Assembly (NCBI RefSeq): GCF_009914755.1
Contig: NC_060926.1
DNA length: 64,000 bases
Direction: 5' to 3' (one strand)
Source: the human T2T-CHM13v2.0 reference genome, Homo sapiens
Below, piece by piece: positions 57,442 to 64,000 of the stretch. Both the position numbers and the translations under genes were made by a program. The notes under the pieces are model-generated. The model made no database searches. It saw only the letters and a program-made list of their open reading frames with translations, and was not told the DNA's origin. Position 1 is the stretch's first letter, and the number at the start of each line of letters is the position of its first letter.

Positions 57442-59627
57442 AAGATTTTTAAAAATGTCACTGTTCAAAATGAGAAGAAATGCAGAATAAGGAAAAACGG
57501 GAAGACTTCCATCATGTGAAAATGTAGGACAACTCTTCTATGCTTTACCCCCCAAAATTTGTCCCTCTTTCCCTCATTTATCTAATTTTCCCTTACCCTC
57601 TCATACTCTAATAGCACTATGGTCTAAAGATCGGAATACAAACAAACTTATAAAGAGCAGTATCTTACTTTTCTTTAATAAAGACCCAAATGATAGAAAA
57701 CAAAGTTCACAAACTGTTTTGAAGTTCTGAAGCCTTCCAAAATTATTGTATGAATACTGCTATGTGAGAGCAATATCCAGTAAGTACCAAAAAACTGTGC
57801 AGTAAGTACCAAAAAACTCTCCCCAAACCTGACAATTCCTTCAGAACATTTTAAGACCCACTGGTATAATAATAGCATTCTCCAAAGAGTAATCTTGCTA
57901 TGTTCCTTATTAATTCTCACCTCAGGTGAAGATGACACATTTTCGGAACTATAGATGAGGTAAAAGGCATATGGTGATTTGTTGCCTCAAACACTGGATT
58001 GTGGGATGAGATTTGGCTTCTGGTTTTCTGAGATCTCCACATCCTTTTGGCTCTGAGGTTCTGATCTATCTGCCATGTCTAAAATGTACTCCAACAATCA
58101 GGCTGGCATGTGACAACTTTTCTCAAGGTCATGTCTTGCCTAAAAAAAATCACTTTATTGATTCCTCTTTGCTTACACTTCTATGTGCAAGCAGAAAATA
58201 AAATGATGCAGAGAGAAAAACATTTGTCACTTTTGATTTTGAATTGTATGAAATGCCTTGGAACTTTCTGCCATAGATAAATCCATAAATTGGGTTTAAA
58301 AAATCCTGACTTGGAACATTTTGCTTCCAGATCTTTCTCTCATTTGTCTGTACAGTCTTCCTTTTCTCTAACCCACTAACCTTATAGACCAATGTCAGCT
58401 GCCCTGGCCTCCAGTTCTGTAATGTTCAGATCAAGATTTCTAGATTTCCTCTAGTTTCCTGGTCATTCTTCATCAATATCTATAGCATAGCTTTAGGCAT
58501 CTGTTTAAGTAATTTTTCATCCTGACTCACACAAAGTATTGTCCCTTTTCCTGATCACTGCAGTGATGTGTTTTCTTGAATTTCAGAGGAGCTGGATATT
58601 GTAGGTGTCCTGGAAGATCATCAGTCCTTTCAAAAGGATAGCAGAATAAAATCAAGTAAAATCACCTGGGTTACTATCATCCCCCACCCTGTCTGCAACA
58701 ATAATTGTTAAATCTTCTTGAGCCGACAATGGCAATTGCATATGATTACACTTAATTGGAACTCCCAGCCACAAAGATCATACATTATCTTCAAATTTGT
58801 ACCATCTTATTGTTTTCACGCAGAAAATATGCTAGGGAATATTTATTGAAATTAATTATCTGTTTTCTACTCTGTTCATCATGACATAAAAAATGACATG
58901 ATTCTACTTTCTAAAAGAAAGATCATAATTATAAGTAAATTTCAAAGAAAATCAAATAAGACCACAAACTCCCATAGAACAGTTGCTCTGTACTATTTTG
59001 TTTTGTGCATTTGACATGCTGTTTTGAGAAATCTCCTGAGAGCCTTCCTGGTATATTGCCTTGCCTCTCACAAATAAAGCTTTGTTTGTTTGTTTTCACT
59101 GAAAGGTAGGCACAAGGGCAAAAATTTAATTTAAAATGACATTGCCTGGTATGTATTGAAAAATTATTCATTTTTCATCTTCCAGTTTTGAAAAAGCTTA
59201 TCCTAAGAAACTTGCCTATTATATATTCTTACTTTTTCAGTTTTAGAGAGCAAACTACCTCTGTTATCACAATAAGATAAATGTGTACAGGTACCCTGGG
59301 ATAAATCACTATTTGATTTGTTAAATTGACAGTACTTTGAACCTGCAGGACAGAAGGGTCTTTCTTAGCTATTCAGTAGAAAAGGGTCTTACTTTTCTAC
59401 TCCCTGAGAGGTAGAAAAACAGTAATCACTGCTTTCAAGGCAGTTGGAAGTGAGAAGTTGAGTCAAATGAGTAATAACAAAGCCTTCAGGAATAAAACGA
59501 TTATTATTATTATTTTTAATGATAGTGGGACTGTTTTATGCCCCCCTCCCCCACAAGCTTTATTGGGTATAACTCACATATAGTTAAATTTGCCAACCAT
59601 AAGGGCACAGTTTCATAATTGCATGCA

Positions 59628-60447
59628 GAATTAGTTTGCTAGGGTTGCCATAACAAATTACCACAGGCTAGGAAGCTTAAACAACAGAAATCTATTGTCT
59701 TAGAGTTCTGGAGGTTAGAAGTTTAAGACCAAGGATAAGCAGGTTGGTTTTCTGAAGGTTGTGGGGGAAGGATCTCCTCTTCTTGGTTTTTTAGATGACC
59801 TTTTTCTCCTTGTGTCTTCACACTGTCTTCCCTCTGTCTATGTCTATGTCTAAGTTTCCTCTTCTTATAAGGACACTAATCATTTTGGATTAAAGTCCAC
59901 CCTAATGAAATAATTTTAACTTAATTACCTTAGTTCCTCCTAATAACCTTAGTTACCACTTTCAAGACCGTTTCTCTAAATATGGTCACATTTTAAGGTA
60001 CTGGGGGTTAGAACTTCAACATATAAATTTTAATGGGGACTGATATGGTTTGGCTCCATGTCCCCACCCAAATCTCATGTTAAATTGTAATCCTGAATGT
60101 TGGAGGAGGGGCCTGATAGGAAGTGATTGGATGATGGTGGTCGACTTCCCCCTTGCCGTTCTCATGATAGTGAGTGAGTTCTCACGAGATCTGGTTGTTT
60201 AAATGTGTGTAGCACTTCATTGTTCACTCTCTGTCTCTTGCTCTGCCATGTAAAGATGTGCTTGCTTCCCCTTCACTTTTCACCATGATTGTAAGTTTCC
60301 TGAGGCCATCCCAGCCATGATTCCTGCACAGCCTGTGAAACTTTGAGTGAATTAAAACTTTTTTCTTCATAAATTACCCAGTCTCAGGTAGTTCCTTATA
60401 GCAATATGAGAACATACTAATACAGGGACACAATTCAGCCTATAACG
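59628..60447 (-). mobile_element. MLT1A/B-like LTR, split by MSTA
   Basis: TTAGTTTGCTAGGGTTGCCATAACAAATTACCACAGGCT..ATAAGGACAC..GGGGAC|ACAATTCAGCCTATAAC. Confidence 0.85.
60041..60424 (+). mobile_element. MSTA/THE1D-like solo LTR, 384 bp, exact 5-bp TSD
   Basis: TGATATGGTTTGGCT..CCCCACCCAAATCTCAT..ACTAATACA; TSD GGGAC at 60036 and 60425. Confidence 0.92.
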
Positions 60448-61739
60448 TATGCAATCATGTAAAAACTACTACCACAAACATATAGAACAGTTCTATCACC
60501 CTAGCAAGTTTTCTCTGCCCTTCTGCAATGAATCTCCTCTCGTGATTCCCAACCCAGGCAACCACCAATCTGCTTTCTGTCACTATAGTTTTGCCTTTAT
60601 AGATGTTCTATATATATTAAATTAAATATTATGTAGTCTTTTGTGTTTGATTTTTTTCACTTTGTATGTTTTTGAGACTCACTTATGTTGTTATATGCAT
60701 TAATATTTTATTCCTTTTTATTGCTAAGTAGTATTCTATATCATAATTATACCATAATTTGTTTATGCATTCATGATTGATCAGTATTTGAGTTGCTTCA
60801 AGATTTTGGCTTTTGTAAATAAGGCTACTATGAACCCTTACATAGGAATCTTCGTATGGACTATGTTTTTATTTCTGAATGAACCATATAGCAGTGGGAT
60901 TGCTAGGTCATATTGTAAGTCTATTTAACTTTATAAGATACTAACATACTACTTTTAAGTTTTTCAAAAGTTTCAAAAAATATGCCATTTTACATTCCTA
61001 CTAGCAGTGTATGAGAGATTCAGTTTCTCTGCATCCTGTCCAGCATTTGGTGTTATTAGCATTCAGCCATTCTAGGTGTGTAGTAATAGCTCCTTGTGAT
61101 TTTAATTTGCATTTTTCTAATGGCTAATAATAAAATTCTTTCCTGTGCTTTTTTGCCATCTGCATATTCTCTTTGGTGAAATGTCTCTTCATGTCTTTGT
61201 CTTTTACTAATTAGATTTTTTTTCCCGTTGAATTCCGAGAGTTCTTTTTGTGTTCTAAATATCAGTCCTTTGTCAGATACGTGGTTTTCAAATATTTTTT
61301 CTGAGTCTGCCTTGTCTTTTCATTCTTTTCACTGAGGTTTTCTCAAAGCAAAAGCTTTTAATTTTGATGAGGTCCAATTTATCAATTTTTTTCTTTTGAG
61401 ACTCACAATTTTGGTTTCAAGTCTAAGGACTGATTGCCTAGCATTAGATCTAAAAGATCTTCTCTATAATTTTTTTCTAACAGTTTTATAATTTTATGTT
61501 TTACATCAAAGTTTATGATCCATTTGAGTTAGTATTTGTAAAAGATTTGGTATGTAGGTGGGAGTTAATTTTTTGTCTATAGATGGCCAATCCCACACTG
61601 TCATAATTACTGTTATTTTAATAATAATATGTCTTGACAGCAGGTAGAGTTATTTCTCCCATTTTATTCTTCTTTTTCAAAACTGTTTTAGCTGTTCTAG
61701 GTTCTATGCCTTTCCATATAGATTTTAGAATATGCAACT

Positions 61740-62470
61740 TTCTTTTAAAAATATTTTATCATGACATATGTCAAGCATACAGTAGTATAGATAATGCATA
61801 AATGTAAGAGTTGAAGAATGATGAAAAAACTCAAATCACCTGTTTAAGAAATGGTATATTATAAGTACTCTTCAAATTGTATGCCCTCCTCAATTATACT
61901 TCTCCTCCAATACTTTTAAATTGTAGTTGAAATGTTCTTTTGCTTTTCCTTATATCTTTACTATTTAACAGCACAACAAAATTATGCATATTTTAATTTT
62001 GTCTGGTTTGATCTACATGTAAATTATATCATCCTACACATATTTTTCTAAGTTTCTTTGTTTATTCTACATTTTGGTTTAGAGATCCATTACTATTAAT
62101 ACATACAGCTTTTGCTTATTGATTCTTTAAGTATCATAGAACCTCACCATGTGAATATTACACAATTTGTTGATCTAATCATTTGATGGTGATCATTTGA
62201 ATTATTTCTTAATTTTTTCCTTTATAAAAATGAGGCTATTGATATTTTATACATAGTGTTCATATGCAAGAAAAATCTCTAAAGCTTATATCTGAGTGAA
62301 CTAACTGTGTCATAAGGTAGGCACTTCTTCAATTTTACTACATATTGATCTAATTTATATTCCAAAGTATAGAGGAGTTCCTATTGCATGTAACCTGCTT
62401 TTTTTCTTAAAATATATCATATAGGTCTTTTGATTCCTTCTAAAGGCTATAAAACATTCCATTAAGTGAA
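61740..62470 (-). mobile_element. Very old L1ME-type relic
   Basis: Degenerate antisense L1 3' motifs (AGAGATCCAT, ATATTACACAATTTG, TTGATGGT..CATTTG). Confidence 0.5.
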
Positions 62471-62479
62471 GATACCATA

Positions 62480-62925
62480 TATGGGAATAAACAAAGACCA
62501 CTCATATTAGAATAAACAGACACTATTTATTCAGAGCTTGCTATAGCAACGGAGTCAGCCACCATCTCGCATCTGGCAATAACTCAAGGGCAAGCAGGGA
62601 AGTGAGAAAACTTTATAGTGAACAAAAGGGAAGAAATCCTGTATGCTCTGGAAATTGTAGGCATGGAGAAACTGGAAACAGTTAACTGGAAGTGTGATAT
62701 GGCTGGTTTGGGGAGCATATTTTACTTTCCCTCTTTCGTACTGAGGTGGAAGAAGAAACAAAACATAGGGAAGGTGGCAACCATTTACCAAGTTCTGACC
62801 ATTCTCAGTTGATTTTTGGAGAGGTTGGCATTTGTCTTCCTGAATGGTTGCTGCAGACGTTGTAGCTCAGAGTTCTATTGTCATGTATGGTCTGGAAATT
62901 GTCTGTTTGTATAGTCAGCATCTCA
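62480..62925 (-). mobile_element. ERV1-class solo LTR (MER89/90-like by recall)
   Basis: TATTTATTCAGAGCTTGCTATAGCAA..GGTTGCTGCAG..CAGAGTTCTATTGTCATGTATGGTCTGG..TCTCA. Confidence 0.65.
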
Positions 62926-64000
62926 TACAACATATTAAACCATTTTCCCGTTCAAGGACATTTAAGTATGTTTTCATGTTTTTGCTATTAAAAGCAATGC
63001 AAGTATTTCAACTTGATAAAATAAATATCTAAATCAACAGATACGCATTTTTTGGTTTCACCAGATTTTTGTTGTTTTTCTGTTTGTTTGTTTGTGTGCT
63101 TTTTACCTCAGGCAGGAAATGTTGCATTCAGTTGTTTGTATCACATGTACACAAGGCTAAGAGGGGAACCAAAACCCTATAATGAACAGTTAAATAGATG
63201 AAGTTATTTAGATAAGAGCAAAGAAGGATCGTTGGAGAAGCCATGCTCGTCTCTAAATGCACATTTTTTTTAAAAAAGCCTTTTCTGCCTACAAAAAAGA
63301 GAAAAGAGAAATTTTATCTATATTCCCATCACCTAAAGACAAGCGTGGTTAACATAACTTTTAAAGAATAGTCCTTTCAGGATTGCTGTTCACACATCTC
63401 TTAAAATATTCTTGCATTTTATTAATCTTTCTAATTTTCATTATGTGTTCGTCATTTATAAAACGTAAGCACTTATGTTTTAAAAAATTCTCTATAAACA
63501 CCATTTCTTTGCAACATATACTGTTTCACTGTGAAGATATGTCATAACTAATCACTTACTACTGAGCATTTAGACTGCTCCCAAATTTCACCATTATAAA
63601 TATCACTGAAATGCATATTTATATGCATAAAGAAGTCTTTCTCAGTTCATTTAATCAAAGCACTGTCTACAGGCATAAAGACTCCTCATACACATTGCCA
63701 AAGTACTTTTCAGTATTATTCTCCCACTGGTAAATGGATAAGATGTATATTTCACCAAACCCTCTTTGGCATTTATTGTCACTTTAAAAATGTTTTCTGA
63801 TAGAAAGGGAGAGGAAATTAATATGTTTTGCTTAATCTCCATTTCTTTGACAATTAACGAGGTTGAACCAACAGATATTTTTAATGTGCCCTCAAAACTG
63901 TCATTCTACTTACCTAATTGTGCAATTGTGCAACTTCATTTTAGATAGGTGTTTGAGATTGTTCTTTTCTTCTAAAATAGCAATTGATGAAGACAAAGCT

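Larger units (their letters stand above)
59550..61735 (-). mobile_element. L1MB-type 3' portion, interrupted by MLT1 and MST LTRs
   Basis: CAGGCAACCACCAATCTGCTTTCTGTCACTATAG, TTGCTAAGTAGTATTC, CCTTTGTCAGATAC. Confidence 0.8.

Noticed and set aside
57926-58670. Mini-exon 57926-57959 and acceptor at ~58586
   Set aside because: Weak donors (GTAAAA) and no recognisable peptide; insufficient support.

Overview
AT-rich, repeat-dominated primate genomic DNA. AluY-, L1PA3- and L1PA5-like elements point to human or another ape. I see no convincing cellular protein-coding gene, tRNA, rRNA or CRISPR array. Every ORF I can recognise derives from a transposable element: LINE-1 ORF1/ORF2/ORF0, an ERV-L gag remnant, a Charlie1 hAT transposase remnant, or Alu open frames. 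Main features: a full-length ~6.2 kb L1PA5-like element (34219-40386, -) with TSDs; an older L1 that keeps both ends and TSDs but lacks ~2.5 kb internally (40989-44470); about a dozen MaLR/ERV LTRs, several of them nested; six Alus; MER2, MER5A and Charlie1 DNA transposons; and L2/MIR relics. The signals least explained by repeat annotation are a near-perfect 67-bp inverted repeat in non-repeat-looking DNA (799-865 / 1901-1967), a perfect 17-bp hairpin (19557-19593), a candidate + strand non-coding exon (10700-10863) and a possible L1 3' transduction (49908-50640). Subfamily names come from my recall of consensus sequences, not from a RepeatMasker run, and boundaries of old repeats are approximate. 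I found no evidence strong enough to claim a new biological system.
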